Positions 18,819 to 30,916 of a stretch of DNA of 64,000 nucleotides are shown here, one piece after another; position 1 is the stretch's first letter, and each line of letters begins with the position of its first letter. Location: the NCBI GenBank assembly GCA_017503725.1, contig JAFVSL010000006.1, forward strand, positions 22,593 to 86,592, given 5' to 3'. Source of the stretch: Alphaproteobacteria bacterium (GTDB lineage: Bacteria > Pseudomonadota > Alphaproteobacteria > Rs-D84). The notes below the pieces were generated by a model. The model did not search any database. It was not told the DNA's origin and worked only from the letters and a program-made list of their open reading frames with translations. The position numbers were made by a program, and so were the translations under genes.

Positions 18819-19250
18819 ATGGCAAAGAAAGAAGTTAAGGGATTGGTCAAATTGGTCGTCCCTGCAAAACAGGCAAATCCTGCGCCTCCAATCGGTCCGG
18901 CGTTGGGTGCTGCTGGTGTTAACATCGCAGAATTCTGCAAACAGTTTAACGATAAAACATCTGATAAAGAACCGGGTATGCCGATTCCATGTATTATCAC
19001 TGTTTACACAGATCGCAGTTTCGAATTTATTATGAAATTGCCACCTGTATCGTACTATATTAAAAAAGCATTGAAATTGAAAATCGGTTCTCATAAACCG
19101 GGGCGTGACTTTGTTGGTACATTGACCCAGGCCCAGGTAAAAGAAATCGCCGAAGCGAAAATGCCTGACTTGAATTGCTCTACCATTGAATCCGCTATGA
19201 ACATCGTTGCGGGTCAGTGCCGTTCTATGGGCGTAAAGGTGGAGGAATAA
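18819..19250 (+). CDS. rplK: 50S ribosomal protein L11
   Basis: [18 protein letters not shown]. Confidence 0.98.
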   Translation: MAKKEVKGLVKLVVPAKQANPAPPIGPALGAAGVNIAEFCKQFNDKTSDKEPGMPIPCIITVYTDRSFEFIMKLPPVSYYIKKALKLKIGSHKPGRDFVGTLTQAQVKEIAEAKMPDLNCSTIESAMNIVAGQCRSMGVKVEE

Positions 19251-19254
19251 TATC

Positions 19255-19929
19255 ATGAAACTGACAAAGAAACAGCAAACTTGGAAAAATTTGGACACAG
19301 ACAAAGTGTATGCCTTGTCTGATGCAATCGAAGCATTGCGTGAATACGCATCCAAGAAATTTGATGAAACATTGGAAATCGCTATCCGTTTGGGTATCGA
19401 TGTGACCAAGGCTGACCAGAATATTCGTGGTATGTTGTCCCTGCCAAATGGTACGGGTAAAACGGTTCGTGTTGCGGTATTTACCGAAAATGCGGCCGAC
19501 GAAGCAAAAGCTGCCGGTGCCGATGTTGTTGGTGGCCAGGATTTAATTGACGCGGTTGCGGCGGGCAATATCAACTTTGACCGTGTTATCGCGACACCTG
19601 ATATGATGCCAAAAATGTCAAAAATTGCGCGCGTATTGGGACCAAAGGGTTTGATGCCGAATCCAAAATTGGGTACGGTTACAAACAACGTTGCGGACGC
19701 TGTTAAAACGGCCAAAGCGGGTCAGATTGAATACCGTGCTGAAAAGAAGGGTATTATTCACGCTGGGATTGGTAAAATGTCATTTACAACCGACGCGTTG
19801 GTTGAAAATGCAAATGCCTTGATTGACCAGTTGAAAAAGATTAAACCTGCATCCGCCAAGGGTCAGTATATCTTGGGTATTTCCGTTGCGACAACCCAGG
19901 GCCCAGGTCTGAAAGTAGATGCAAAATAA
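19255..19929 (+). CDS. rplA: 50S ribosomal protein L1
   Basis: KFDET, LPNGTGK, LGPKGLMPNPK. Confidence 0.98.
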   Translation: MKLTKKQQTWKNLDTDKVYALSDAIEALREYASKKFDETLEIAIRLGIDVTKADQNIRGMLSLPNGTGKTVRVAVFTENAADEAKAAGADVVGGQDLIDAVAAGNINFDRVIATPDMMPKMSKIARVLGPKGLMPNPKLGTVTNNVADAVKTAKAGQIEYRAEKKGIIHAGIGKMSFTTDALVENANALIDQLKKIKPASAKGQYILGISVATTQGPGLKVDAK

Positions 19930-19973
19930 TTAAATGCGACGTGTGTGAAGAACATACGTCGCATAAACAGATT

Positions 19974-20030
19974 TCTGTCCAAGACTGATGGTGTGACGAG
20001 AATGTTGCTTAATTGCCATCATAGACAAAG
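19974..20030 (+). promoter_or_regulatory. L10 leader (rplJL autoregulatory RNA)
   Basis: CTGTCCAAGACTGATGG...TTAA..CCATCATAGAC motif in the rplA-rplJ spacer. Confidence 0.7.
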
Positions 20031-20116
20031 AACAATTCTTTGGGGCAGGAACCAAAGCCCCACCCGGGGCAACCCGGATGGAAAGTTAACAAAACAGAAG
20101 CTTGAAGGAAATAAAG

Positions 20117-20596
20117 ATGAAACGCGAAGAAAAATCAGATTTGATTTCAGCGTTACAGTCGTCCCTGAAAGAAGCGAACGGTGTTTTCGTTGTTGAAAAC
20201 CACGGCTTGACCGTACAGGAATTTGAGGGTCTGCGTAATGAATTGCGCCCATTGGTTTCCGTGTTCAAAGTCGTTAAAAACCGTTTGATGAAATTGGCGT
20301 TAAAAGACACCGATTTCGAACCTGTATCCGATATGCTGAAACGTCCAACCGCGGTTGCGGTTGCAACAGACGGCTTGGCGGTTACCAAGGTATTGGCAAA
20401 ATTTGCGGAATCACACCCAAATTTGACAATCGTTGGTGGTAAAATGGATGCGGACGTTCTGGACTGTAACGGCGTATTACAATTATCCAAGCTTCCTTCC
20501 CTGTTGGAAATTCGTGGCACTATTGCGCGTATCTTGGTCGAACCTGCATCGCGCATTGCACGAGTATCGGCAGAGTATGGAAAAAAAGAACAATAA
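20117..20596 (+). CDS. rplJ: 50S ribosomal protein L10
   Basis: MKREEK, GLTV..LR, KVVKNRL, LSKLPSL. Confidence 0.96.
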   Translation: MKREEKSDLISALQSSLKEANGVFVVENHGLTVQEFEGLRNELRPLVSVFKVVKNRLMKLALKDTDFEPVSDMLKRPTAVAVATDGLAVTKVLAKFAESHPNLTIVGGKMDADVLDCNGVLQLSKLPSLLEIRGTIARILVEPASRIARVSAEYGKKEQ

Positions 20597-20644
20597 AATC
20601 AGAATATTTTATTCTGACCTAAAACAAAACTTAGGAGTAAAAAA

Positions 20645-21010
20645 ATGGCAGACATTCAGAAATTAGTTGAAGAATTGTCAAAATTGACCGTTTTGGAAGC
20701 AGTTGAACTGTCCAAAGCGTTGGAAGAAACATGGGGCGTTAGCGCTGCTGCTGCTGTTGCAGTTGCCGCTGGTCCTGTTGCAGCCGCTGCAGAAGAAAAG
20801 AGCGAATTTGACGTTGTACTGGCCGAAGTTGGTGCAAACAAATTGGCTGTTATCAAGGCTGTAAAAGACATCACAGGTTTGGGTTTGGGCGAAGCGAAAA
20901 CTTTGGTCGAATCTGCACCAAAGGCAGTTAAAGAAGGCGTTGCCAAAGATGAAGCTGAAAAAATGAAAGCTACAATCGAAGCCGCCGGTGCCAAAGTTGA
21001 ATTGAAATAA
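20645..21010 (+). CDS. rplL: 50S ribosomal protein L7/L12
   Basis: [29 protein letters not shown]. Confidence 0.98.
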   Translation: MADIQKLVEELSKLTVLEAVELSKALEETWGVSAAAAVAVAAGPVAAAAEEKSEFDVVLAEVGANKLAVIKAVKDITGLGLGEAKTLVESAPKAVKEGVAKDEAEKMKATIEAAGAKVELK

Positions 21011-21190
21011 TTCAACCCGGAACCGAATGGTTCATAAAAAATCTGCCGTATGAAAATATGGCAAAAACGCCGCCCGTGTGGGATGAAAATCCCATACGGG
21101 CACAAAGGCGTAAAAATACACAAGAAAAATTAAAACGGTATTACAATATCGTTTCGTTTGCAAAACGCACAGAAAAAAGGACTAAAACCG

Positions 21191-24100
21191 ATGGCAGTAA
21201 TCCAGAAACTTAGAAAATCTTTTGGTAAAAGTTTTTTGCAAACTCCGCTTCCTGATTTAGTTGAAATTCAATACGATTCCTACAAAGACTTTTTGCAGGC
21301 TGACGTTGCGCCGCAAAACCGTAAAAACATTGGTTTACAGAACGTGTTCTCGTCAATGTTCCCAATCAAAGACTATGCCGGCATTGCCGACCTGGAATTT
21401 GTGGAATATACATTGGACAAACCTGTTTACAATGTAAAAGAGTGTATGCTGCGCAATATGACATATTCCAGCAAGCTGAAATTGAAGCTGAGATTGATTT
21501 TATGGGATGTCGCAGAAGATGGTAAAAAGACCCTGCGTGACATCAAGGAACAAGAAATATTTATGGGCGAAGTGCCGTTAATGACCGAACGCGGCAGCTT
21601 TATCGCATCCGGTGTTGAACGTGTTATCGTTTCCCAGATGCATCGTGCCCAGGGCGTTGTGTTTGCAACAACCAAAGAAGCCAAGGTTGCGGGTAATCCG
21701 ATTACATACACTGCACGTATCATCCCAGAACACGGTTCTTGGATTGATTTCGAAGAATCCAAGGGTGTAATCTATGTCCGTATCGATCGTCGTCGCAAGG
21801 TGCCTGCAACGGTTCTGTTGCGTTGCTTGCCGGCCGCCGAAGATGAAAAGAAATGGTTGGCCGAACCACGCAAGACCACAATCCGTGGTATGAGTGACAC
21901 AGAAATCCTGGCCACATTCTATAACCGCATTGGTTTGAAATTTGATGGCAAAATGTGGATCGGTGATGTTGCATCATTCGAAGGTTTGGATAAATACCGC
22001 CTGAATTATGATTTAATCAATCCAAAAGATAAAAAAGTCTTGGCATCCAAGGGCGATCGTTTGAACGCGAAACGCTTGAAAAAGATTATGGATGCATCCA
22101 AGACATTCGGTATCCTGCCAGAATCTTTGATTGGTGAATATCTGTTTGATCCGATTATGTCCGGGGACGAGGTTGTAATGCCATCCGGCACAGAAATCAC
22201 CGAAGAAGTCTTGAATGATTTGGATAAAATGAATGTCAAAGAAATCAGCCTGATTTCCATTGACAACACCACAATCACGGCCCATATGCGTAATACTTTG
22301 TTGGCTGATAAAACCACAAATCGCGAAGAAGCCTTGATTGAAATCTATAACATTATCCGTCCGGGCGAACGCCCAACATTAGAGGCCGCAATCAATCTGT
22401 TTATGCGCCAGGGCTTTGAACCGGCATACTATGATTTGTCGGCGGTTGGTCGTTTCAAGATGAACAAACGTTTAAAGATTGATTCTGGTAAAAAGCCAGA
22501 AGATGAACGACTGTTGACCAAGTCTGATTTCTTGGCGGTATTAAAAACATTAACAAACATTATTGACCGCAAAGACACGGTTGATGATATTGATAACCTG
22601 TCAAATCGTCGTGTTCGCACGGTTGGCGAATTGTTGGAACAGAATTTCCGCACTGGTATGATTCGTATCGAACGTCTGGTACGCGAAGCGTTGTCCAGTC
22701 CAAACATTGCCAATATGCAACCCCAGGACGTTATCAATGTAAAACCGTTGATGTCATTGGTGTCTGAATTCTTGGGAACATCCCAGTTGTCCCAGTTTAT
22801 GGATGCATATAATCCATTGGCTGAATTGGAACACAAGCGTCTGATTTCGGCATTGGGGCCGGGTGGTTTGAACCGTGAACGTGCGGGTATTGACGTACGT
22901 GACGTTCATCCAACACACTATGGTCGTTTATGCCCAATTCACACACCCGAAGGTGCAAATATTGGTTTGATTAACCACTTGTCATCTTATGCACGTGTAA
23001 ATCCATACGGCTTTATTGAAACACCATACTATGTTGTTGAAAACGGCCGCGTAACAGACAAAATGGTATACCTGACCGCGGACGAAGAATTGGGTCACAA
23101 AATTGCCCAGGGTAACACCCCAACAACAAAAGACGGTGTCTTGGCCGATGAAACGGTAACGGCGCGTGTTGATGGCGAATTTACCATGGTACCAAAGGGC
23201 GAAGTTGACTTAATCGACGTTGAACCACGCCAGGTGGTATCTATTGCAACGGGCTTGATTCCATTCGTTGAAAACGACGACGCGAACCGTGCATTGATGG
23301 GTTCGAACATGCAGCGCCAGGGCGTTCCATTATTGCGCGTCCAGGCCCCATTGGTCGGAACCGGTATCGAACGCGAGGTTGCGCGTGATTCCCGCACCGG
23401 TAAGGTTGCAAAACGCAGCGGTGTTGTTGAATCTGTGGATGCAAACCGTATTGTGGTTAAATGTATGAACAGCCGCAACGTTGTAACTGGTGTAGATATC
23501 TATAACCTGGAAAAATTCGAACGCAGCAACAGTGAAACATTGGTTCACCAGAAACCATTGGTAAAGGTTGGCGATCGTATTTCTGCGGGCGACATCATTG
23601 CCGACGGTTCATCTATGAACTATGGTGAATTGGCATTGGGTCGCAACGTATTGGTTGCGTTTATGCCGTGGCGTGGATATAACTACGAAGACTCAATCGT
23701 TATCTCGGAAAAGATTTCTCGTGACGACGTATTTACATCTGTAAAAATCGTTGAAAAAGAATTCAAGGTACGTGATACCCAGTTGGGCCCAGAAAGTTTC
23801 ACCCGCGACATTCCAAACGTCAGCGAAGAAGCATTAAAGAATCTGGACGAATCCGGTATTATCTATGTTGGCGCACGCGTAAAACAGGGCGACATCTTGG
23901 TTGGTCGTGTTTCACCAAAATCTGAAACATTATTAACCCCAGAAGAGGCGCTGTTGCGTAACATCTTTGGTGAAAAGGCCTTGAATGTAAAGGATACATC
24001 ACTGCGCGTTGGTCCAAACGAAGAAGGTACAGTTATCGGTGTTAACGTTCTGACCCGTCACGGGGTAAAGAAAGACGAACGTACCCAGATGATTGAATTG

Positions 24101-25327
24101 CAGAAAATCGAAAAGATTAACAAAGACCGCGAAGAAGAAACAAACATCATCGAAAAGGGCTTTGCCGACCAAATCTTCCAAATTGCAGAGGGTATGGTTA
24201 TCGAATCCGGCACCGGCAGTTTGAAACCATTTATTGGCAAAAAACTGACCGCCGAGGTATTCGAAGGCATCCGTCCATCTGATGTGAAAAAGTTGGTCGT
24301 TAAAAACAAAGAAGCACAAGCGAAAATTGACGAACTGCGTGAACAGCACGTTCTGAAATTAAAGCAGTTGAACGAAGAAGCCGATGCCGAAGTTGCCAAA
24401 GCAACCGAAAGCAATTCTTTGAATGCCGGTGTCTTGAAAGAGGTCAAGGTTTACATCGCGCACAAAATGAAGTTGCAGCCGGGTGACAAAATGGCGGGTC
24501 GTCACGGAAACAAGGGTATCGTGTCCAAGGTTGTACCGGTCGAAGATATGCCACACTTGGCGGACGGGACCCCTGTTGACATTGTTCTGAACCCATTGGG
24601 CGTACCATCACGTATGAACATTGGTCAGATTTTGGAAACCCACCTTGGTATGGCGGCACGCACATTGGGTGCACAAATTGGCGCCGTTTTGGACGAAGTA
24701 AAGGCAAAACGTGCGGTTACCGATGATCTGCGCACCATTATGGGCAAGGTTTACGGTACCGAGGTCGCAGAAAAACTGGAAAAAATGACGGACACAGATG
24801 TTCGTGCCCAGGCGGCCTTGTTGCGTGACGGTGTTCCAATGGCAACCCCAACATTCGACGGTGCAACACCCGAAGATATTCGCAGTATGTTGAAATTGGC
24901 GGGTCTGCCGGAAACGGGTCAGTTTGATCTGTACGACGGTATGACGGGTGAAAAGTTTGCACGTCCGGTAACAGTTGGCGTTATGTATATGTTGAAACTG
25001 CATCACTTTGTTGATGAAAAGATTCACGCACGTTCAATTGGTAACTATTCATTGGTAACGCAACAGCCATTGTCTGGTAAGGCCCACATGGGTGGCCAGC
25101 GTTTGGGTGAAATGGAAGTGTGGGCACTGGAAGCCCACGGTGCCGCCCACCTGTTGCGCGAAATGTTGACGGTTAAATCTGACGATATCACCGGCCGAAA
25201 CAAGATGTACGAATCCATCATTTCCGGCAGCAATGATATCCAGACCGGAACCCCAGAAGCATTCAACGTATTCGTTCGCGAATTGCGTGGATTGGGTCTG
25301 GCAATGACACCAAAGAAAGTAGATTAG
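21191..25327 (+). CDS. rpoB: RNA polymerase beta subunit
   Basis: [42 protein letters not shown]. Confidence 0.99.
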   Translation: MAVIQKLRKSFGKSFLQTPLPDLVEIQYDSYKDFLQADVAPQNRKNIGLQNVFSSMFPIKDYAGIADLEFVEYTLDKPVYNVKECMLRNMTYSSKLKLKLRLILWDVAEDGKKTLRDIKEQEIFMGEVPLMTERGSFIASGVERVIVSQMHRAQGVVFATTKEAKVAGNPITYTARIIPEHGSWIDFEESKGVIYVRIDRRRKVPATVLLRCLPAAEDEKKWLAEPRKTTIRGMSDTEILATFYNRIGLKFDGKMWIGDVASFEGLDKYRLNYDLINPKDKKVLASKGDRLNAKRLKKIMDASKTFGILPESLIGEYLFDPIMSGDEVVMPSGTEITEEVLNDLDKMNVKEISLISIDNTTITAHMRNTLLADKTTNREEALIEIYNIIRPGERPTLEAAINLFMRQGFEPAYYDLSAVGRFKMNKRLKIDSGKKPEDERLLTKSDFLAVLKTLTNIIDRKDTVDDIDNLSNRRVRTVGELLEQNFRTGMIRIERLVREALSSPNIANMQPQDVINVKPLMSLVSEFLGTSQLSQFMDAYNPLAELEHKRLISALGPGGLNRERAGIDVRDVHPTHYGRLCPIHTPEGANIGLINHLSSYARVNPYGFIETPYYVVENGRVTDKMVYLTADEELGHKIAQGNTPTTKDGVLADETVTARVDGEFTMVPKGEVDLIDVEPRQVVSIATGLIPFVENDDANRALMGSNMQRQGVPLLRVQAPLVGTGIEREVARDSRTGKVAKRSGVVESVDANRIVVKCMNSRNVVTGVDIYNLEKFERSNSETLVHQKPLVKVGDRISAGDIIADGSSMNYGELALGRNVLVAFMPWRGYNYEDSIVISEKISRDDVFTSVKIVEKEFKVRDTQLGPESFTRDIPNVSEEALKNLDESGIIYVGARVKQGDILVGRVSPKSETLLTPEEALLRNIFGEKALNVKDTSLRVGPNEEGTVIGVNVLTRHGVKKDERTQMIELQKIEKINKDREEETNIIEKGFADQIFQIAEGMVIESGTGSLKPFIGKKLTAEVFEGIRPSDVKKLVVKNKEAQAKIDELREQHVLKLKQLNEEADAEVAKATESNSLNAGVLKEVKVYIAHKMKLQPGDKMAGRHGNKGIVSKVVPVEDMPHLADGTPVDIVLNPLGVPSRMNIGQILETHLGMAARTLGAQIGAVLDEVKAKRAVTDDLRTIMGKVYGTEVAEKLEKMTDTDVRAQAALLRDGVPMATPTFDGATPEDIRSMLKLAGLPETGQFDLYDGMTGEKFARPVTVGVMYMLKLHHFVDEKIHARSIGNYSLVTQQPLSGKAHMGGQRLGEMEVWALEAHGAAHLLREMLTVKSDDITGRNKMYESIISGSNDIQTGTPEAFNVFVRELRGLGLAMTPKKVD

Positions 25328-25393
25328 TTGTTAGCATTGGTGTGGGGCATCATCCCCACACCCTAACCACTAGCCACTAACAACTAAAAACTA
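25325..25393. repeat. Hairpin plus tandem heptamer repeats in the rpoB-rpoC spacer
   Basis: GGTGTGGGG/CCCCACACC hairpin at 25339-25362; CTAACCA CTAGCCA CTAACAA CTAAAAA at 25363-25390. Confidence 0.7.
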
Positions 25394-25415
25394 TTTTAAA
25401 ATGGAGCAAAATATA

Positions 25416-28400
25416 ATGAGCAATATGTTGCAAAAGATATTTGGACAAATCGAAACCAAGGAACAGTTTGATGCATTGCGTATTACCATTGCGTCACCCG
25501 AAGAAATTCTGTCTTGGTCCTTTGGCGAAGTGAAAAAACCTGAAACAATCAACTATCACTCGCTGAAACCAGAGGCCGAAGGACTGTTCTGTCAGCAGAT
25601 TTTTGGTCCGGTCAAAGATTACGAATGCGCCTGTGGTAAATATAAACGCATTAAATTCCGTGGCGTTGTTTGCGAACGTTGCGGCGTAGAGGTTGGCCCA
25701 TCCGCCGTTCGTCGTGAACGTATGGGGCATATTAAATTGGCAATGCCGGTTGCGCATACGTGGTTTTTGCGCGAGGGCAAGATTGCAACCCTGTTGAACA
25801 ATCTGCCACAAAAGAAACTGGAACAGGTTATTTCATACGACGCATACATTGTTATTGAACCAGGCTTAACAAACCTGAAACTGTACGATGTAATCAGCGA
25901 AGATGAATACCAGGCCGCCGTCGAAGAATTTGGCGCGGATGCATTCCGCGTTGGTATCGGTGCCGAAGGTGTTCGTTCAATCATTGAAAACCTGGATATG
26001 GGTGATGAACGTACACGCCTGCGCGCAGAATTGGCGGATACAAAATCTGAAACAAAACGCAAATCTATTATTAAACAATTAAAATTGGTCGAAGCCTTCT
26101 TGGATTCCAAGACCAATCCAGCATGGATGATGCCGGATATTATCCCGGTTATTCCACCGGATATGCGTCCATTGGTTACATTGGATGCGGGACATGTTGC
26201 GGCATCTGACCTGAATGATTTGTATCGTCGCGTTATCATCCGTAATAACCGTCTGAAACGCTTTATGGAAATGCACGCGCCAGACATCATCGTACGTAAC
26301 GAAAAACGTATGTTACAAGAGGCGGTTGATTCCCTGTTCGATAACGGTCACAAGGCACGTCCAATGGTTTCCCAGAACCGTCGTCCATTGAAATCATTGT
26401 CTGATTCATTGCGCGGTAAATCTGGTCGTTTCCGTATGAATATGTTGGGTAAACGTGTGGACTATTCCGGTCGTTCGGTTATCGTATCTGGCCCAACATT
26501 GAAACTGCACCAGGTGGGTTTGCCAAAAACAATGGCGCTGGAATTGTTTAAACCATTTGTTTATGCGCGCTTGTTGGCTGGGGACTATGCAAATACATTG
26601 AAAACCGCCCGCAAGATGGTTGAAAACGGCGAAGATGTCGTATGGGAAATCCTGGAAAAGGTTATCTATGAACATCCAGTTCTGTTGAACCGTGCACCAA
26701 CATTGCACCGTTTGTCTCTGCTGGCATTTGAACCGGTATTGATTGAGGGCAAGGCAATCCGTCTGCATCCATTGGTATGTAAGGGCTTTAATGCTGACTT
26801 TGACGGTGACCAGATGTCTGTTCACGTTCCAATTTCCCTAGAAGCGCAGTTAGAAGCACGTACATTGATGCTGTCATCAAACAACGTATTGTCACCTGCG
26901 AACGGTGAACCTATGATTGTTCCATCCCAGGACATGGTATTGGGTGTTTATTACATCTCGTTGATTGATGGCGAACACACCGATAAATCACCACGTTTTG
27001 CGAATATGGACGAAGTGAAATTGGCATTGGAAAACAAGACAATTACACTGCACACACCAATTGTTGCACGTATCAACGGCAAAACATATAAAACAACGGC
27101 GGGTCGTATGATTTTGGGTGAATTATTGCCAAAGTCTGACAAAATGCCATTTGATTTGGTGAACAAGGTTATGCCGGTGAAAGAAATCAAGGCTTTGTTG
27201 GCGACAACATACGAACGTTGTGGCGACAAAGAAACGATTTTGTTGGCAGACGCGCTGAAAAATACTGGTTTTGAACAGGCTGCACGCAGTGGTATTTCCA
27301 TTGGTTATGACGACATTGTTATTCCAGCGGAAAAGAAAGAAATCATCGCGCAATCTGAAAAGGCCGCCGAAGAAATCGAAGAACAATATCAGAACGGTTT
27401 GTTGTCTGGTGGTGAACGCTATAACAAACTGGTCGATATGTGGCAGAAAACAACCGACAAACTGGGTGATATGGCGTATGCTGCGCTGGGTAAATCAACC
27501 GGTGACAATTGGAATTCTGTATATATGATGGCGTTATCTGGTGCCCGTGGTTCCAAACGTCAGATTCAGCAGTTGGCCGGTATGCGTGGTATGATGCAGA
27601 AACCAGACGGATCTATTATTGAGGTTCCAATTATCTCGAACTTTAAAGAAGGTCTGACTATGTCTGAATACTTTACATCCACCCACGGTGCGCGTAAGGG
27701 TATGTCGGACACGGCGTTAAAGACTGCTGACGCGGGTTACCTGACACGTCGTTTGGTTGAATTGGCACAAAATACCGTTATTACCGAACACGATTGTGGA
27801 ACAACTGAATTCATCACGGCAAAGCCGGTTTACACGGGTTCAACACTGTCTGTTCCATTGGGTGATGTTGTATTGGGTCGCACGGCGGCACACGACATTG
27901 TTCACCCATTGACCAAGGAAGTCATTGTCCCAGCCGGTGAATTGATTACCAAGGCCGCGTCCAAGGCGATTAACGAATCTGGTCTGCCATCTGTTGATGT
28001 TCGCAGTGTTCTGACGTGTTGCAGTGACGGTCTGTGTGCGAAATGTTATGGTATGGACCTGTCACGTAATGCATTGGTACACGTCGGCGAAGCCGTTGGT
28101 GTTATCGCGGGTCAGTCCATTGGTGAACCAGGTACCCAGTTGACATTGCGTACCTTCCACATTGGTGGTATTGCGGCCGGTGGCACCGACAGTCACTTTA
28201 TCGAAGTTCCGGTTGCGGGTCGCATCAAATTGATTGGTGTTAATACAATTAAGAACAGTGCTGGTCGTGTTGTTGTCTTGTCACGCAACGGTAAAATTGC
28301 CATTGTCGATGACGCGGACAAAGAATTGTTCAGCTGTGCATTACCATATGCATCTATGTTGATTGTTAACGATGGCGACAGCGTTGAAAAAGGCGCCAAG

Positions 28401-29525
28401 GTTGCCGAATGGGATCCATATTCCAACACAATCATCGCCGAGGCCGATGGTACCGTAAACTATAACGACCTGGTTGAAAACGTATCGTTCCAAGAAGAAG
28501 TTGATTCTATGACCGGTATCGTTTCACGCAAGGTTATTAACTGGAAGACAAATACCAAGAAAGCCCTGAAACCGGCGGTCACATTGGTCGATGCCAAGGG
28601 TAACGTGATATCTTTGGGTGGTAAAAAGATTGCGGAATATCTGTTGCCAATCTATTCGATATTGAACGTTGCAAATGGTGACACGGTTCACGCGGGCGAC
28701 ATTTTGGCACGTATCCCGGTTCAGACAAAACGTACCGGCGACATTACGGGCGGTCTGCCACGTGTTAATGAATTATTGGAAGTACGTCGTCCAACAAATC
28801 CGGCCTTGTTGGCGGAAATCGATGGTACGGTTGATTTGGAAGATGCCAAATCAAAAATCATTATCCGTATTGAACCGACCGACGGCAGTGCACCGGTTGA
28901 ATATGCGGTGCCAAAGGGTACAAACCTGTTGGTTCGCAGTGGTGACGTTGTCAAAAAGGCTGACAAATTGGTTGATGGTGACCCTGTACCACAAGATATC
29001 TTGCGTATCTTGGGCCAGAAAGCCCTGGCAACATTTATGGTTGACCAGATTCAGCAGGTTTACCGCCTTCAGGGTGTGACAATTAACGACAAGCATATCG
29101 AAATCTTGATACGTGAAATGACACGTCGTGTTGAAATCACGAATCCGGGTGATACCGGCTTCCTGATGGGCCAGGTTGTTGACCGTGTTGATTTCGAAGA
29201 AGAAAATGCCCGTGTTGCCCGTGATGGTGGCAGATTGGCTGAGGCATCCCAGGTCTTGGTTGGTTTGACACGTGCGTCCCTGACATCACGTTCGTTTATA
29301 TCGAACGCATCGTTCCAACAGACAACCAAAGTGTTGGTAGACGCCGCAATTTCCGGTTCAACCGACAAATTGGTTGGTATCAACGAAAACCTGATTGTTG
29401 GTCGTTTGATTCCAATTGGAACGGGTGCATATGTCCGTCGTGTACGCGAAATCGCCAAAGAAGAAGAAAAGGCGGAACGTCTTGCACGCGAAGGCAACAC
29501 CCAGCAGCAATTGTTGGATATATAA
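25416..29525 (+). CDS. rpoC: RNA polymerase beta' subunit (alternative start 25401)
   Basis: Zinc finger CACGKYK..CERCGVE, NADFDGDQM, GEPGTQLT; GGAG RBS at 25403. Confidence 0.99.
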   Translation: MSNMLQKIFGQIETKEQFDALRITIASPEEILSWSFGEVKKPETINYHSLKPEAEGLFCQQIFGPVKDYECACGKYKRIKFRGVVCERCGVEVGPSAVRRERMGHIKLAMPVAHTWFLREGKIATLLNNLPQKKLEQVISYDAYIVIEPGLTNLKLYDVISEDEYQAAVEEFGADAFRVGIGAEGVRSIIENLDMGDERTRLRAELADTKSETKRKSIIKQLKLVEAFLDSKTNPAWMMPDIIPVIPPDMRPLVTLDAGHVAASDLNDLYRRVIIRNNRLKRFMEMHAPDIIVRNEKRMLQEAVDSLFDNGHKARPMVSQNRRPLKSLSDSLRGKSGRFRMNMLGKRVDYSGRSVIVSGPTLKLHQVGLPKTMALELFKPFVYARLLAGDYANTLKTARKMVENGEDVVWEILEKVIYEHPVLLNRAPTLHRLSLLAFEPVLIEGKAIRLHPLVCKGFNADFDGDQMSVHVPISLEAQLEARTLMLSSNNVLSPANGEPMIVPSQDMVLGVYYISLIDGEHTDKSPRFANMDEVKLALENKTITLHTPIVARINGKTYKTTAGRMILGELLPKSDKMPFDLVNKVMPVKEIKALLATTYERCGDKETILLADALKNTGFEQAARSGISIGYDDIVIPAEKKEIIAQSEKAAEEIEEQYQNGLLSGGERYNKLVDMWQKTTDKLGDMAYAALGKSTGDNWNSVYMMALSGARGSKRQIQQLAGMRGMMQKPDGSIIEVPIISNFKEGLTMSEYFTSTHGARKGMSDTALKTADAGYLTRRLVELAQNTVITEHDCGTTEFITAKPVYTGSTLSVPLGDVVLGRTAAHDIVHPLTKEVIVPAGELITKAASKAINESGLPSVDVRSVLTCCSDGLCAKCYGMDLSRNALVHVGEAVGVIAGQSIGEPGTQLTLRTFHIGGIAAGGTDSHFIEVPVAGRIKLIGVNTIKNSAGRVVVLSRNGKIAIVDDADKELFSCALPYASMLIVNDGDSVEKGAKVAEWDPYSNTIIAEADGTVNYNDLVENVSFQEEVDSMTGIVSRKVINWKTNTKKALKPAVTLVDAKGNVISLGGKKIAEYLLPIYSILNVANGDTVHAGDILARIPVQTKRTGDITGGLPRVNELLEVRRPTNPALLAEIDGTVDLEDAKSKIIIRIEPTDGSAPVEYAVPKGTNLLVRSGDVVKKADKLVDGDPVPQDILRILGQKALATFMVDQIQQVYRLQGVTINDKHIEILIREMTRRVEITNPGDTGFLMGQVVDRVDFEEENARVARDGGRLAEASQVLVGLTRASLTSRSFISNASFQQTTKVLVDAAISGSTDKLVGINENLIVGRLIPIGTGAYVRRVREIAKEEEKAERLAREGNTQQQLLDI

Positions 29526-29631
29526 AAACCAACACATCCCCGGTTAAAACCCGGGGGTGTGTAAACTTTTGCTTGCAAAACGGGAATATTTGAATAAAAT
29601 AAGCATTCGGAAAATATAAAAGGATAATAAA

Positions 29632-29781
29632 ATGGCAACGCCAAGAAGTAAAACAAGTAAATCACGCAGCGCCCAGCGTCGCTCTCACGATGCATTGTCT
29701 GTTATGCCAAGCAGCGTATGCAAGGTCTGCGGTGAAAAGAAGCGCCCACATCACGTTTGTGCGGCTTGTGGTGCAAAATAA
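29632..29781 (+). CDS. rpmF: 50S ribosomal protein L32 (49 aa, 4-Cys zinc type; below the ORF-track cutoff)
   Basis: Manual translation MATPRSKTSKSRSAQRRSHDALSVMPSSVCKVCGEKKRPHHVCAACGAK; upstream of plsX. Confidence 0.95.
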   Translation: MATPRSKTSKSRSAQRRSHDALSVMPSSVCKVCGEKKRPHHVCAACGAK

Positions 29782-29848
29782 TTTAACTAAAAATTCGGGG
29801 CAGATTTGACCGCGGGCCCGTGGTCTGTCTGCCGTTTTTTATATTGCT

Positions 29849-30916
29849 ATGTCAGAACAAAAGAAAATTATTGCTGTTGATGCTATGAGTGGGGACAAGG
29901 GCCCATCGGCCGTCCTGGGGGGCATTAACCAGTTCTTATATCAAAATGGCGAAGACAAAGTTCATTTCCGCCTGTTTGGTGACGAAAAACGTCTGCGCCG
30001 TATGTTGACTAAATACCCGCGCGTCGGCCGTAATGTAGAGGTTGTACACGCCCCCGGCGTTATCAAGGGAACGGATAAAATTATGGATATCGTTCGTCAC
30101 GCCCAGGATACGTCTATGTATATGGCAATCAAAGACGTCCGCGAAGGCAACGCCGCCGCCGTCGTCAGTGCGGGTAACACCGGTGTTTTAATGTCACTGT
30201 CAAAATTGGCATTAAAGACGGTTGATGGTATTGCGCGTCCGGCGATTACAACGATGTTGCCATCTGGTGCCGGCGATGATCGTGTGGTCGTTTTGGACCT
30301 GGGGGCAAATGTTCAGTGTGATGAATCTATTTTGTTTGACTTTGCCGTCCTGGGCAGTGTTTATGCCGAGGTTATTGGAAAAATGCCAAAACCAAAATTA
30401 GGTGTACTGAATATCGGATCCGAAGAAACCAAGGGTAACGAAACCCTGGTGCACTTGAATCACGTTCTGACCGAACACAAAGATGAATTGCCATACGAAT
30501 ATCTGGGCTTTGTAGAGGCTAATGATATCAGTGCCGGCCGTGTTCAGGTGGTTGTCACCGACGGCTTTACCGGCAATATCGTATTAAAAACGGTCGAAGG
30601 TACCGCAAAATTGATTAAACGTGTTATCGTTGAAAATTTCAAGAAATCAATTTTGGCAATGATGGGTGCGTTCTTCTTGGTCCACGTATTTAAACGGTTA
30701 AAGCATAAAATTGACCCGCGTTCATATGCGGGCGCGGTGTTCCTGGGGCTAAAGGGGTTTGCGGTAAAAACCCATGGAAACAGTGATGCCCTGGCATTTG
30801 CAAATTCATTAAAGTATGCATCAGATTTGATTCACGCAAATTTAAATGGTCTGATTGCAGAACGTGCAAAATCGGTCGAGCCGATACGTAATCAGTTACA
30901 ACAGGAAAAACAATAA
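29849..30916 (+). CDS. plsX: Phosphate acyltransferase PlsX
   Basis: IAVDAMSGD, SAGNTG, LDLGAN, LNIGSEETKG, VTDGFTGN, KTHG. Confidence 0.96.
   Translation: MSEQKKIIAVDAMSGDKGPSAVLGGINQFLYQNGEDKVHFRLFGDEKRLRRMLTKYPRVGRNVEVVHAPGVIKGTDKIMDIVRHAQDTSMYMAIKDVREGNAAAVVSAGNTGVLMSLSKLALKTVDGIARPAITTMLPSGAGDDRVVVLDLGANVQCDESILFDFAVLGSVYAEVIGKMPKPKLGVLNIGSEETKGNETLVHLNHVLTEHKDELPYEYLGFVEANDISAGRVQVVVTDGFTGNIVLKTVEGTAKLIKRVIVENFKKSILAMMGAFFLVHVFKRLKHKIDPRSYAGAVFLGLKGFAVKTHGNSDALAFANSLKYASDLIHANLNGLIAERAKSVEPIRNQLQQEKQ

Noticed and set aside
18384-19715. 443-aa minus-strand ORF
   Set aside because: Antisense to nusG-rplK-rplA; explained by the codon bias of highly expressed genes
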